A stretch of 64,000 nt of DNA from Balanoglossus misakiensis (Eukaryota; Animalia; Hemichordata), in the NCBI GenBank assembly GCA_040954595.2, contig CM082583.2, positions 12,748,987-12,812,986 of the forward strand, in the 5' to 3' direction. A program made the position numbers and the translations under genes. Numbering within the stretch: position 1 is the first letter of the stretch; each line of letters begins with the position of its first letter. Below the pieces are notes generated by a model. The model had not been told where the DNA came from and ran no database searches. It was given only the letters and a program-made list of their open reading frames with translations. Positions 41,901-55,500 of this stretch are shown in pieces.

Positions 41901-44900
41901 AAAATAATACACGAAATACAAATGAGCTGCTGGTAGCCATTAATTGTTTTCATTCTGTAATGCGTGTTTGCAATATGGTACACACACGCACCCACAGTTG
42001 GTGGTAGCTAGGTTGAATAACTATAGTGATGAATACATCTCACTTTGATGCTGTTTATTTCATGTTGGAAGTTATAGTTTCATGTTTGCCACAAAACACA
42101 AATTACTTTTGCGATTGTTTTTTGTTTGCATTGACTGGTAGTGACTGGTAGTAACTTATGCTCATTTGCAGTTCCAAAGTTGATCTCTAAAGGAGTCATC
42201 AAGCAAGTATTTCCTTTGCACCAAACTGAAGACTTGGAAGAACTTCGGAAAACCTGGGTCCAGGCATTCTTCAGAAAGCAACCATTAGGTAACTTTTAAC
42301 TTATAATCTTCTTGAATCTGTTGTCTGCTGTGCATACATCTGCAATGTCTGTATCAAACATTTGAATTGTACTCATGGAATATATTTATCTCACAACTTT
42401 GTTTTTCACAGACAAGATATGTGCGTATTTTGGTGTGAAAATTGGCCTGTATTTTGCCTGGTTGGGCCACTACACCATAGCTTTAGTGTTGCCAGCATTC
42501 TTTGGACTTTTCCTTTGGTTGTACACAGGTGATGATGATGTAAGTACACAGGTGCACAGACAAGCATTTCGAGGTTATGCTCTAAATGTGCCTTCAAATG
42601 CTGGGCCTGTACAGTACCGTTCACTGAAATAATTGGCAAAATACCAATGGTTAAATTAACTGATAGGGAAATAAATTGACAAACAAGATCTCTAAACTAA
42701 GTCTACATGTATTATTTTACAGATTAGTCAAGATAGAAGCTTTGCAATTTTCGCTTTATTCAATGTTGTCTGGGCAACGCTGTACCTGGAGTCATGGAAA
42801 CGAAAAGGAGCAGAACTGGCCTACAAATGGGGTACATTGAACACTAGAGATGAGCTTATTGATGAACCCAGACCGCTGTATACGGTAAGTTGTCCTGTGG
42901 AATGTTCCATTCACGTGTGAGGTCTAGCTGTTTCACTCATATATACACTGTACAGCACAAGGACAGGTACATAGACACATGCACATATGAAGAACAATGG
43001 ACAGATGAGTAAGACATGTAATTAGCAATAATGATCTTGTGTTTGATTTGATGACAGGGACCTCTGCACGTCAGTGAAATCACCGGGAGACCCGAGCCTT
43101 ACTTCGCACCTTGGAAACGCCACGTCTATCGTTACGTTGTGACGATGCCGGTCATGTTTCTGTGCGTCTGTGTCATGGTGGTTGGCATGCTGGCTTGCTT
43201 TGAACTGCAAGAGTTCATCAACAAGAAGATTGGCAGTGGTGATCTGCCTGGGTAAGTGGAAACTTCAAATCTGTGTCATTGCTTCATTCAGTTTATCAGA
43301 ACTCCTGACTTCAAGATCAGATGTGAGGATTTTGAATTAATTAATAATAGCCTGGGAAAAGCTTCAGGAAAGTTCTGTTGTCTTAGAGTTATTAGGAACT
43401 TCATGTTTTACTGAAAAAAGTATGTAACGTGTGACTGAATTCCTTGGCAATGGATATGAATTTTGGGTTGCCTTTTACTCTTCACATCATAATTAACAGT
43501 CTCCGTCTGTCAATCATCTCGCACGCAACATTCAACACACAGCACTAATTCATGAAATCACCATCTCATGGTCTTATCTCGTTTTTACAGGTGGTTGTTA
43601 TTTCCTCTGTTTGCATGGTATGCACATATACGCTTTTTCTTCACTGGATTTTTTTTTCTACTTTAATATTCGTCATGACTGATCCTGATTTATCTGTGTG
43701 TGTGGGAGGACACAGAGGCTTATTCATTGTTTACTCAATTTCAATACGGTGATGCCATACACGCATACATGCCTGTTTTACATTATACGGGTGTTATATC
43801 ATTATTGGCCAATGTTTTTTGTTCTCCTAGGTGGATGAAGCAGCTACCCAAGATCTTATTGGCCATCATGGTGGGTATAGTGGAGGACATTTACAAGAAG
43901 GTTGCCTATTGGTTGAATGACTTGGAAAACTACCGAACAGAGGAAAATTATGAAAATCACCTGATCATCAAGCTTGTTGTTGTAAGTTTCATTGAAAAAT
44001 CCACTATTTATATTCTATATTGTAACCACAGTGTGTCTACATGTACCGGGGGTATAATGTTTGAAGCAGTAAACATGTGGCTGCATTGCTAATAATGATT
44101 CTGATTTTTATTTCTAAATGCAGGGTCAGTTCTGTAATTCGTTCTTGGCTTTGTTCTACATTGCATTTTACTTGCAAGACATGGCCAGACTGCGACAGGT
44201 AAATCTCTACACTGTTACCAATATCCAGTAACATTTTATAGATATGTATAGACTTTATGACCTATAGAAGTTTTGTAGAATTTCTATGGATGTCTATAGA
44301 TTTCTGTACAGTCTTAGACTGTTCTTGACCAGTTTAAGCCATGGTTTATCTTCTCTGTTGATGTCATAGCAACTAGCGGCGTTGTTGATAACACGCCAAG
44401 TGATTGGCAACTTCAAGGAGTCGTTGCTGCCGTATTTGATGGAGAGATACAAGACCATCAAGATGACGTATAAACTGGCAAGTGAGCAGATCGATGCAGA
44501 CACCGGGGAGATCAAAGAGGCTGTGGCTGACAGTGAACCAAAGGATGCAGGTATGACGGTGTGTGTGTGTGTGTGGGGGGGGGGGGGTGATGAGAGGGGG
44601 AGGGGAGGGAGGTACATCTGGAGGGCATATTCCAAGGCATGGGTTCATCCTCATGTTACTGTACTGACAATACATGACTTGCGTACGTAAGTTTAAATGA
44701 GTATAATTCTCTGACATCTCTCTGATATCTACGACACAGGCAAAGTTTCAAGTCTGGGAGAATTAAAACCAGCAAGCTCTGAACAACAAGAAACTGGGTC
44801 GCCTCAACAACTGACGCAAGCTGAGGTTGAGGGCGCTATGAAGAAATATGAGGTGAGAATTCTCAAAGATTCTCGAGGCTAAGAAGTGCAAGTATATATG

Positions 44901-45933
44901 GTAAGAAGATTCAATCTTTTACCCATTTTTGCTACAATTTGTTGAGAGTTGTTAAAAGCAAAGAACAATGTTCACTTTTCAAATCCCACAGGGCACCTTT
45001 GATGACTACCTGGAGATGCTGATCCAGTTTGGCTATGTGATTTTATTCTCATCTGCATTTCCCATGGCCGGCATGTGTGCGCTGGCCAACAATTTAATCG
45101 AAGTTCGCAGTGATGCGTTCAAACTGTGCTGGGGAATGCAGCGGCCATTCGGACAGAGGGTGGAAGACATTGGAAGGTGGCAGGTAAGACACTCAAAAAG
45201 TCAACAACAACAAAACATAAACCTGAGTGTTCCACAAATGCAGTGTTTTGAACATGTGTTGTTTTTTTGTCAACAGGACTGCATGGAGTTGATGGGAGTC
45301 ATTGCGATAGTTGTCAACTGTTCGTTGCTCGGGGTGTTTGGCCATGTGCAGCGATGGTTCCCTGATATTACAGTGGCTGGCATCGTTATATTTGTTGTGG
45401 GAATGGAGGTAAGTTGTGTAAATCTGCGGAGAAAGGAACCACTGTATATGGATTCTTGTAGACTCAGTTCTATTACAACACATCACAGCTTATGTCTAAA
45501 GTCTGGTGTTCCGTCGACTATTTTCAGCACTTCATTTTGGCGATCAAATTCGCCATAGCCTATGCAATCCCCGACGTCCCACACTGGGTGTCTATTGAAA
45601 TGGCCAAGCTGGAGTTCATCAGAAGAACTGCCCACAAGGTAGGAGAGATATGATGGCATTTATACAGTCTGTTCTTGAGATCATAAGGTCTGGGTGCAAA
45701 TTAATGGCTCTGATTGGAAGCAAGGATATGAGCATGAATAACACTTGTTCAAAAATTTGTCTCAACAGAAAATGGAATTACAGATGGCTAAGATTGCGAA
45801 GGAAGCGAACAAGGAACAAGCGGGCAAAGAGAAAAAAGACGGTCCATCACCAGTGACTAAAACATGGCCACCGTTAGTTATCGGCGGTGTGGAGGATAAA
45901 CCCAAATCTCCAACAGCTAAAAAGACGGAATAA
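35926..45933 (+). CDS. ANO8: Anoctamin-8 (TMEM16H)
   Basis: KLFGKK..WQQTVPTKDCDLVMTFPGKTDDETLMW (ANO8 N-terminus), FFTSQERQ, YFGVKIGLYFAWLGHYT, WLNDLENYRTEENYENHLIIK, DDYLEMLIQFGYV..NNLIEVRSDAFKL, AIPDVPHWV. Common exons run from 38798 to 45933; the first coding exon is ambiguous (35926, 36304 or 36598). Confidence 0.93.
41508..41615 (-). mobile_element. Degenerate copy of the TTAA-ended MITE family seen at 19390
   Basis: The reverse complement begins TTAATCCCGTTCATCACCATAGTTTG, versus TTAACCCTTTCACCACCATGGTTG at 19390. The other end reads TTTCACCCC. Confidence 0.4.
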
Positions 45934-47916
45934 CACAAACACTGATTCAGATTCTGAATATTCAAGAATATGGTGACTCAGATCATTACCAGCATTTCAC
46001 AAAGTGTGAAGTAAAATGCTTTCTCATCAAGTGCAATTATATGATTGTTCCAATTTTAGCTCTTTGTCTTTTTTTAAAGGAATCTATTATACATTCATCA
46101 TAAAAATTTAACTCAACTGATTTTATCTGTGAATAAAAAAAAAGATATAAATGTGGAGAGGTTACATTGTGTCGCGGCAGTTGCATTTCACATTTTTATG
46201 AAAACTGCTTTTCCAGTGTTAAATAGTTTTAGTTTTCACATTTACAAAAATACCGATTTTCTCCTTCTGGTGCTATTGCATTAACTCAGTCCATAACTCA
46301 AATTTGGTTTGGGGTTGTGTACTGCTTTCAAGAGATTGGCTAAGCAATCAGTGCTACAAATGATATTATTACTGTCAGCATCATAGAAGAGAATAAAGCT
46401 ACCTTTGTCTTTCTTTAGAATTTTATCATGTAATATCAAAAATATTTTGATCAATTTTTAATATATTTAAGTCTTTAAATATTTATAAGTTATAACATTT
46501 TAAATGTAAGCAGCTATCCACTTTTATTCCATTGCTTTTAAAAATGTGATTTCAGGGATTTGTGAGGTATAATATGGAAGTATTACCTGTAGCTTTCATT
46601 ATCTGATGGGAAAGTTTATGGAATTATATGATCATTTTAGTGGATTTCATTTTCTGTCAAGTTTTGCTTGATAATCTTAGTTCATATTTTGGGAAAATTT
46701 TGATATAAGATATGTTTAGTCACATATGTATCATTTTAAATTAATCCGTTTCAGATTTACGCAATACAGGAACTAATAGGCATTAACAATTATGTGTTTG
46801 TCTTTATGGTGTAAGATCCTAAGAGGGTCTGTGAAGACAAAACTGAAATATAATTAGGGTAAACGTCCAGATTCTTACTGTGTTTATTTGATCGCCACCT
46901 TCAAGGCATTATGCAAGTAAAATGTATATTTGAATGTGATGGGGTTTATTTTAATGTTCTGCTTGAAATACTGTTATGTCTTTTGCAGTTTCACTTTAAG
47001 TAGTTCCATATTTAGATGATCATCAAGACCTCTACTGAAATTTTTACAATTCCACACAACTTCATTAATTATTCCAGGATGCTTCTCATTTTAATATTTT
47101 GGGAAATAAAGGAATAGATTGACAATAATCTTGCCTGTCGTGCAATTGTTATGTTTTGATGCATGTGTAAAGGTGTTTGAAAAGGTCAAACAGGCCATAA
47201 TCTATAATGTGGTAAACTCAGAGATCTGCAATTTGAAGTGACCGTTTAGAACTGGATTCGACCACAGACTTGAGAATAACTTCAGTTATTTTAGTATTGT
47301 TTATTACAGACAGTGACACTGACAAATACAGCCAAAATATTTACAAAGAGTTGACAACATGTCACTGTTCCTTCAACCCAGGAATGATAACTGGCTAATT
47401 TAACCGTCCAAAGAATGACTCGGACAATGTGCTAGTTGAATATCAACCTCTAATATCAAAAAAGTTTCCCTGTCATCTGTAGGCATGATCAAAACATGTC
47501 AACATGAATATTTCAGATCTTTTCGGGTCTCATAATGTGTCCTGTTTTGTAATGGTGACAAGGGAAAGCTGCTGAATTATTGGGATTATGAATGGATCCA
47601 CTATAATACCTCATATTGAGGATACTTTTTTATATTACACTGATTAATACATTAAAACTGATATAATTGACACTTTACATGATAAAATTACAACTTCTGA
47701 CTCGTAGAATCGTGTGGATGGCAAACTTGCCATAAAATTGGCAACATGCTAAAATATTGACAAACAAAAGCCATTGTCAGATGTATATACACGTACATAA
47801 AACACTTATAAATAAATAAATAATACATTTATGAGATAAGATCTGATGGAATGCTCTGTGTTGTCAAATGGCAAGAATATTATGTGTGGTACTGATGACT
47901 TCACAGAAATAACATT

Positions 47917-49330
47917 TTAGCGTTTCATTTTTTTCATGTGACATCTTTCGTGTGCTAAGAGTTGATCCCTGCGATAAAACGTCAGAGTGCACATACTACA
48001 GTGGTGTTGTTTTTTGCCGCCGTGCCTCAGCATGTGTCGCTTCAAGTTGTAACCGTTTGTGAAACAACTGCCGCAGATCTGACATTTATAAGGGCTCTCT
48101 TTCTCGTGGGTGTATTTGTGTCCTTTCAGGTGGGCACTTCGGGCAAACATTCTGCCACAGATGTCACAACCGTACGGTTTCAGTCCCGAGTGCACCTTCT
48201 GGTGTGACTTCAAGTTCCCGATCTTTCTGAACGTTTCCCCACACTCGGTGCAAATGTACGACCGGTTTTCGTCGTGGTAATTTTCTACATGGTGTTCCAG
48301 TTGCTGTTTTGTATCAAAGACTTTGTTGCAGTAGACGCACTGGTACACGATTCCCGGCATAGCGTTGGCCAGCTCGTCTGAGACAGTGTACATGTTTTCA
48401 CTGATGGAATTATGAATTGCATTATGTTGCAAGTATGCTTCTTCAGTCTGTGTGTTGACATGTTCTTGTCCTCCTTCCTCATCATGGCCGTCGCTGTCAT
48501 CACGAGCAACACCTGGAGTATAGTTTCGATCCCTGCCACCAGTCTGCTCTGGGCTGTCATAAGCATCTGCACTCTGAAGTGCACAGGGCAGCTGTTCAAC
48601 CTCTTTTTTAATAATATCCAAACTGGCACAGGGCAGCTGTTCAACCTCTTTTTTAATAATATCCAAACTGTCAACAGTTTCAGAACTAAATCCATTTCTA
48701 TCCCCATTTCCAGCCTCCGTGTCAACCCGACCTTCAGCGTTGTACTCCACATTGTTCAGACTTTCACTTTGATGGTCATTACTTGCTTCATTGTAAGAAC
48801 CATCAACTATTTGAGTTTCCGACTCCTGGTGGTGATTACATGCCCTATCATAACCCTGCTCAGTGTTTTGTACTCCCGAGTCCACATCAACTGTCCCTTG
48901 GTTAATGAGTTTATAGCCAACATTCACATGTACACTACCCATGTGGCGTACACAACTATTCACATTGTTCAAGGGACTCCCACTCTCCCCATCAACTTGT
49001 GCACCAGATGCTCTCAGGCCTTGGCTATGATACTCTTTGACCAGTTCTTTGCTACCATAATACAGAGATGAACAGACATGTTCCTTGGGATCATCTATTC
49101 TGATGAAGATCTTGCATCCTGTCATCAAAGAAAATGCATGACCCTGAAAGGAAAAACAACCAAAGGTGACAACCCCGTCACAGTCATGGAGCTTAGGTCT
49201 AGGTCCAACAGTAAGAACATTTTCTTTGCTTAGTGGTAGTGAAACGGCAGAACACTGTCACTACAATTTGTTTCAACGATTTTACCTGTTGGAAGATGGC
49301 TTTCTTCATCAAATCTGTCGCGAGTACCAT
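47917..49330 (-). CDS. C2H2 zinc-finger transcription factor (5 fingers) with an uncharacterised N-terminal module
   Basis: Exon 1 49330-49286 (MVLATDLMKKAIFQQ, donor CAG|gtaaa) splices in frame to exon 2 49143-47917, giving ~423 aa. Fingers CVYC, CTEC, CDIC, CQIC, CSMC, with an HSGLKPY linker. Confidence 0.9.
48581..48670. repeat. Perfect 2 x 45-bp in-frame tandem duplication (SLDIIKKEVEQLPCA x2)
   Basis: Directly visible in DNA and protein. Confidence 0.95.
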
Positions 49331-49665
49331 GATGGCATCGCATCGGTCGCTGTATCGCGTATGAAAATGTTTCTTATGAACGCCCGAACACAGCTACATG
49401 TCGGACACGACAAGTGTGTCTATAAAGATCAATATAAAAAGCTAAAATGTAAAAATCTTTGCACTGTTCCTTTGTGAAACGAATATTCTGCTGGGTTGGA
49501 AAGTATTTCATGCATGACTTCGATTCAACCCGAAAGTGCGCCCTCAGTTAAGGTCACCACGCATGCGTTCTTTGCAACTACGTTTGTAACATTTTACACG
49601 TGTGGTGTGTGAACGGAAAAGGGCTTTAATATTTCACCGTCTGGGATAGACTGTAGGTTTTCAAA
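49331..49665. promoter_or_regulatory. Bidirectional promoter zinc-finger gene/NSA2
   Basis: Head-to-head ATGs 335 bp apart; NRF1-like CGCATGCG at ~49560 and E-box CACGTG at ~49597. Confidence 0.65.
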
Positions 49666-51725
49666 ATGGTAAGCGATCCATTTAAAGGTTTGGTACCTAT
49701 AACAGCAATGTTTATTTCGGTTTCCTTGCCTATAACGACCAGGCGTTCCGATCAAATGTTGGATGATTGTCACCTGAGAACTGAAATCGTACACACGTAC
49801 ATGTATGTTGTGCAATGTGAACGTCTGGCACTGGTCTTGGTCAGACGATTTGTAAACACCAAGCACCATTTCGAACAGTCTGAGCAAATGATTGTCACGC
49901 GAATTAGACTCATCAAACGTACACAGAGAAGACTTATCACAATATTTAAAAGTCCAAAAGTAGTGCAGTTGAATGGGGTGGTCTATGGGAGAGGGTGTCC
50001 CTGTGTCCCTCTCCCATAGACCACTGTAGGAACTTTTTGAAATCTGATTAAACCAATTTTTCCTATTTTAGCCACAAAATGAGCACATGGAATTACATCG
50101 GAAGAGGCATGGGTATCGCCTTGATTACCACGAAAGAAAGTAAGTCATTGCTGTATTTACTTGTCGCTTAGCTACATGTATACATGTACTCAAAGCTGCA
50201 CTTCATCACAGTTGCATGCAGTCACATAGTATATCATATGCTCTGTTCTGTGCTGCTATGTTCTAAATTGGCCGACATTTTGTGATTTCAGGAGGAAAAA
50301 GGAGAGTCGTGAACCACACGAGAGAGCCAAAAAGGCCAGAATGCTGACGGGTATAAAGTAAGTAGAGACAAATTGTTCTTGTCAAACATTGGGATAAGTT
50401 AAATACAAGTATTCAAATAACGTGTGTCCGTCATTTAGTATCTCTTCTCTAAAATATCAAATTTGTTTTGCAGAGCTAAGATGTACAACAAGAAACGTCA
50501 TGCAGAAAAAATACAGATGAAGAAAACGTAAGTTGTGTTGTTATTCTCATGCAGGGATTGTCAAGTCTTTGCTGTATTCTAAATGAACTGTAGGAAAGGC
50601 TAGAGTTTCCCCTCATAATGCTTGCATTTAATACCATATGTAACCCCACAGTATGAAAATGCACGAAGAAAGGAAAACCAAGAAGAGGAAAGATGACAAG
50701 GTCGCAGAAGGAGCAGTGCCAGCGTATCTTCTTGACAGAGAAGGACAATCAAGAGCCAAAGTTTTGTCCAATATGATCAAACAGAAACGCAAAGAGAAAG
50801 CGGGAAAATGGGAAGTGCCGTTGCCAAAAGTCAAAGCTCAAGCAGACGCCGAAGTCTTCAAAGTTGTCAAAACAGGAAAATCAAGGAGTGAGTCACTTGT
50901 AGAATATGATCACATTGTTCGCACAAACTTGTATTTATTGTCCTCAAGCTGGTTGTCCAGATGTCAGACAATGACTAAATGTCCTAATGATTTTCTTGTT
51001 CGTGTTATGCAATTAGGGAAAGCATGGAAGCGAATGGTTACAAAAGTGTGTTATGTTGGAGAAGGCTTTACTAGGAAACCGCCAAAGTATGAAAGGTTTA
51101 TCAGACCTATGGTACGTATCTGTTACTGTATTTTAAAAGCATGGGAGTGTCACATATCTCTCACCACTGATCTCTCTTCATGTGACCATGCTCTGAAATT
51201 TTCATTTTTTTCTCTCTCTCAAGGGTTTGCGGTTCAAGAAGGCGCACGTCACTCACCCCGAGTTGAAAGCAACTTTTCATCTCCCCATCATTGGAGTAAA
51301 GAAGAACCCAAGTTCGCCGTTGTACACATCACTTGGTGTTATTACCAAGGGTACTGTTATTGAGGTATGGAATGACAGGCTCATTTGAATGAAGAAAGGT
51401 TATGATGCTATCTTAAGGCCTGAATGGAACTGTGATGTTAAGGTCTGGGATCACTGCAAAATAAACCACTTGTTTTATTATTTTGTCAACAGGTTAATGT
51501 CAGCGAGCTTGGTTTGGTCACTCAGGGTGGAAAAGTGATTTGGGGTAAGCAGCAGTTTAGTATTTCCTGAAATGAGGATGTTTGTAATTAAATCATTTTA
51601 TGATGGTGAAAAATCTCAGTGACACCTGCTAACTGCATCTCTCTCTCTCTTTTTCAGGAAAATATGCACAAGTTACAAATAACCCAGAAAATGATGGTTG
51701 TATAAATGCAGTTCTACTTGTATAA
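49666..51725 (+). CDS. NSA2: Ribosome biogenesis protein NSA2 homolog
   Basis: ATG-only first coding exon (49666-49668, ATG|gtaagc), then [21 protein letters not shown] (50072-), [34 protein letters not shown], ...[19 protein letters not shown]; 9 exons. Confidence 0.97.
49978..50024. repeat. Perfect 18-bp inverted repeat (hairpin) in NSA2 intron 1
   Basis: GTGGTCTATGGGAGAGGG - 11-nt loop - CCCTCTCCCATAGACCAC. Confidence 0.9.
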
Positions 51726-52506
51726 TAATCAGGAATTACAGAGTGGAAAACTGCCTCGGATTCAGTGGACAGTGGGACCAGTCATGTCTTGGAATTATTG
51801 TAATTCACATTTGTAAAAGTGACATTGAAAATTATGAGAATCCAACTCATGTCTGAGATCAGTTTAGAGTTAAACTGCAAATTGATATGTTGGTGTGCAG
51901 GAAAAACAAAAATATATGAAAAGTCATAAAACTCTGTATGGAGAAAAAATATTGTTATGACTGAAGAGAAAGCTGAACATCTCTTTGTTGAAAAGTTGAA
52001 CGAATCTGGACACGACTTTATCCAACTTTTCCCGGATGTATAGTTGTACAAATATTTCCTCTGGTGAGCTTGTTTGTGATCTGTCAAACTTGGCAATGGA
52101 GTCCAAATTACGATCGTACAGTGGATGGAATCAATCAGCCGATTTGATCAGTATCCACATTCCTGTTGTACAGAGCAAATGTTATTTATATTCTATGGTT
52201 TTGAAATAAAGTCCTTTAAACTAACTATTTGACTGCGATGAGCATATCATTTCCTGGACAAGCAGGGTGTGTGTGTGTGTGTGTGATCTACTGACAGTAT
52301 CTTTGTGATAAATATTGTTACTATTTTTTTACAAAAAAATCTCTTAAATAGATAATATGTACATGTATTTTCCACCACTCTGGGTGTTGGCAAACTTTAG
52401 CCAGTGTTAATTCCCCCCCCCCCCCCCCACGAAGTACAGATGTATACGGTAGATGCAATCCAGAGCAAAATGTCCAAATGTGCACCATGCATGCCCAGTC
52501 TGTACA

Positions 52507-55500
52507 TCAGGTGCTCGTTTCTTGAAACAGCTTCATTAGAGTGTTGAATCGCTCTTGAATCTGCAACGAGTGATCAAAAACAATTGATTAACAAACGGGT
52601 GATTGCCTTGATAATGAAGAATATTTGCATTCAAACGCTTGTGTTGTGTAGGGACAATAACCCCTCCATCCTGTAGTGGTGAGATCATTTGTTTCTGTTC
52701 AATAGAAAATGGGGAAAGTTTTAATTTACCTGCCACGTGCTCTTGCTTCCTCTAAGTTCCTGTTGAACTTTTGCAAAAGTCTCTGAGCCTGGTCCAGCTG
52801 TCTGGCATAACTGAAGCAATATTCGATCTTCTTCTCTGCATGGCAACAGAAGTAAGAACCGAAATAATTGGGTTTTGTTTAATTTGGCCACCATTCTTGC
52901 ATTCTCACGGAACAGGAAAATCAACCCTTTTGGGAATCCCTGAACCTTTGTTCACTCACCTCGTCCAGGCCACAGTCACTGTTCCGTCTTCACCCTTGGA
53001 CACATTCCTAGCATTGAGGACATCTGCACTGCTTTGGCTGTCTGATACTGTGGTGTTATCAGAATCCTCAGGTTGGCAGTCGCTCTCTGGTCGGTCAATA
53101 TCTCCACTCACAATGTTACTGCACAGTTCTCCTTGGTTGCTATCATCCACATGTTCTATATCAACTGGCAACGTCTGGTCCTCTGTGTGTTTAGGTGCCA
53201 TTTCTGTCTCCTTTTCAATATTCTGACTGTCATCCGTATCAACACAACTATCGTCATGACTGGTTCTGTCACCTGCATCGGTTCCACAATCATGGTCAGT
53301 CTTGTCGTCCACTTCTATACAATTACAAGAATCCTGACTGGGCTTGTCATTGCTCCGCCCTACCCCCTCAGCACTTTCATCAGATTCTGGGGTCTCCATG
53401 GTGGGTGTATTTGGCCCAGAGCTGTTCATGCTGATTTTCAAGACGATGCGGCTGCTGGACTTCTGCTCCACCTCTCCGTCTTCTGAGCCGCCGGTCATGT
53501 TGTACTCGATGGGTGAATTGGTGGCGCTTCTGTCATAACCGCTGCTTAGAATCGTTGTCTGAGATTCCCTCAGTATCGATCCCACTTCGTTGCTGTTGTT
53601 TGAGCTCTCGTTCTCAGAGTTGCTGTCGTTGTCGCTGCTTTGCGAATTGTCCTCGCTGTCTGCAGACAAGAAATGCTGCAGGTGCGTGCTCTCGGAATTT
53701 TCGTTCAAAATTTCTGCCAAGTTATCGCACATCTCTGACAAGTTATTCACACAGGTTTCAGTCATCGTCTGAAATTGATCATCAGTGTCGTCTTCCAATA
53801 TTTCATCGGCCAGTCTCTGCTGCAACATCTTCTTGGCTTGTTTCTTTTTGCTGCCTTCACTGATATTCATAGACCTTGCCTGCAATACAGTCTTTGCCAG
53901 TTCGGCTCTGCTCAGCTGAAATCATAAAGAGGATTAATTAGTCAAGAATTATAGGGCTACATTTCATTTCACGACCACTCAAAAAACAACTGACAACCAA
54001 CTCACATATAACCTTGTTCACCAATCCCTTGACATCATTTGTGAGCAAACACTGACAATTCTGATAATGCTTATAAATTCAAATACATTGTTTACCTGCA
54101 GTGCCGGATTACAGAGAACACAATGCCTGGCTTTCCTCTGCACACGCAAATCATTGGACGACTGATGGCAGTGACACTGGCATTCCCGTGTGCCGTGCAT
54201 TTCCATATTGGGAAGCTTCCACGGATCAAACTGTACAGTGGGTAAAAGAAATTTGCAATGAAATGATTGTGGAGTCTAACATGTGCTAGTATATGCTTCA
54301 AGGACTGAAATTCTCGAAAACTTACAGGATCACAAGTTAACCCTGTTCAATCACTTTGTCTGCATCAGTTGTTAGAAAAACGTGACTGAAAACGCAACTC
54401 ACTTTACCACCACCCTTTTTCATCATCATCTGTTGTTTGGTTTTTGTGTTAAATTTCTCTTCATCACTGTCTGGAAGCTCTATCTCTTCAAAGCCATCAT
54501 GCTGGATGCAGAATGTAGAAAGAACAAACAATGGTCATTACATGTAGGCAAGTAGAAATGTTGAGAGGTGCTGTTTCTCAGGGCCTATACAGACCGTTAC
54601 CGCAACTGATCCACAACACTCAATTCTCACCTCGTAATCATCTTTGTCTTCCCAGTTGATTTCTTCAAAATCTGTCATGTGACTTTCAGGAGGCCTGGCC
54701 GTGGGTATCAACTGCATGAATTCCTGTTCCAGATGCGGCTGGCCTCGGAGCAATGGCAGAATACTGCTTTGCAGCTGCAATTGATCAACAACACAGCACA
54801 AGTCAGAATGGCGTCTCATGTTGCACTTGGCAGATAACCAATCCCAGATTTTTTCTCTCTGACAGCAGTACATGTAGCTTTGTGCTTTGAGAAGAAATGA
54901 CAGAACATCTAAGAAATTGGCATTTCAAACCCTTTCAAGGAGTATCAAAAGAAACTAAACAATTCTTACCCCCTTGTAGTCTTTCGTTTCACTGCTACCC
55001 CACTGTTTGAATACTTTGAGGATTTTCTGATAGTGGTTGGGTTGTTTCTGAAAGAACACCTCCAACTCCCTCAGGAACGTCTTGGCCTTCACAAACTCTA
55101 AATGACTCATGAACTAGAAAGAAAAAACAAGAAACCATCACATTAACACATAATGCTACTGACACAAAATTATTACTTCTTGGAAGTTTATCCTGGCATT
55201 ATCCCTTCCGTACTGTTATCTACTCCAGATCAATTTTATTAAAATATTCCTCACCAGACCACATTCCATGGCTTGTTCTGCCGTCAAAAAACAACTGAAG
55301 TCTTCCAACAGATCCGGCCATCCACTCAAAATGACCTCCAGCTTGCTGAAAAGCTGAAAAGGGACAAACATAAAATAATTGTCATGCTGATTATTACACT
55401 TAGTGACACAATGTACTTTGTAGTTTAATCTATTCTTCACATTATGTTCAAAAACTTACATCGCTTATATTCGCCTTGTTTTTACCAAAATCACAGAGTG

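Noticed and set aside
48412-49071. 219-aa plus-strand ORF
   Set aside because: Antisense shadow of the zinc-finger exon; no recognisable domain.
51782-52165. Minus-strand ORFs as extra GON4L exons overlapping the NSA2 3' end
   Set aside because: The GON4L SANT-like domain terminates at 52507; this region looks like 3'UTR.
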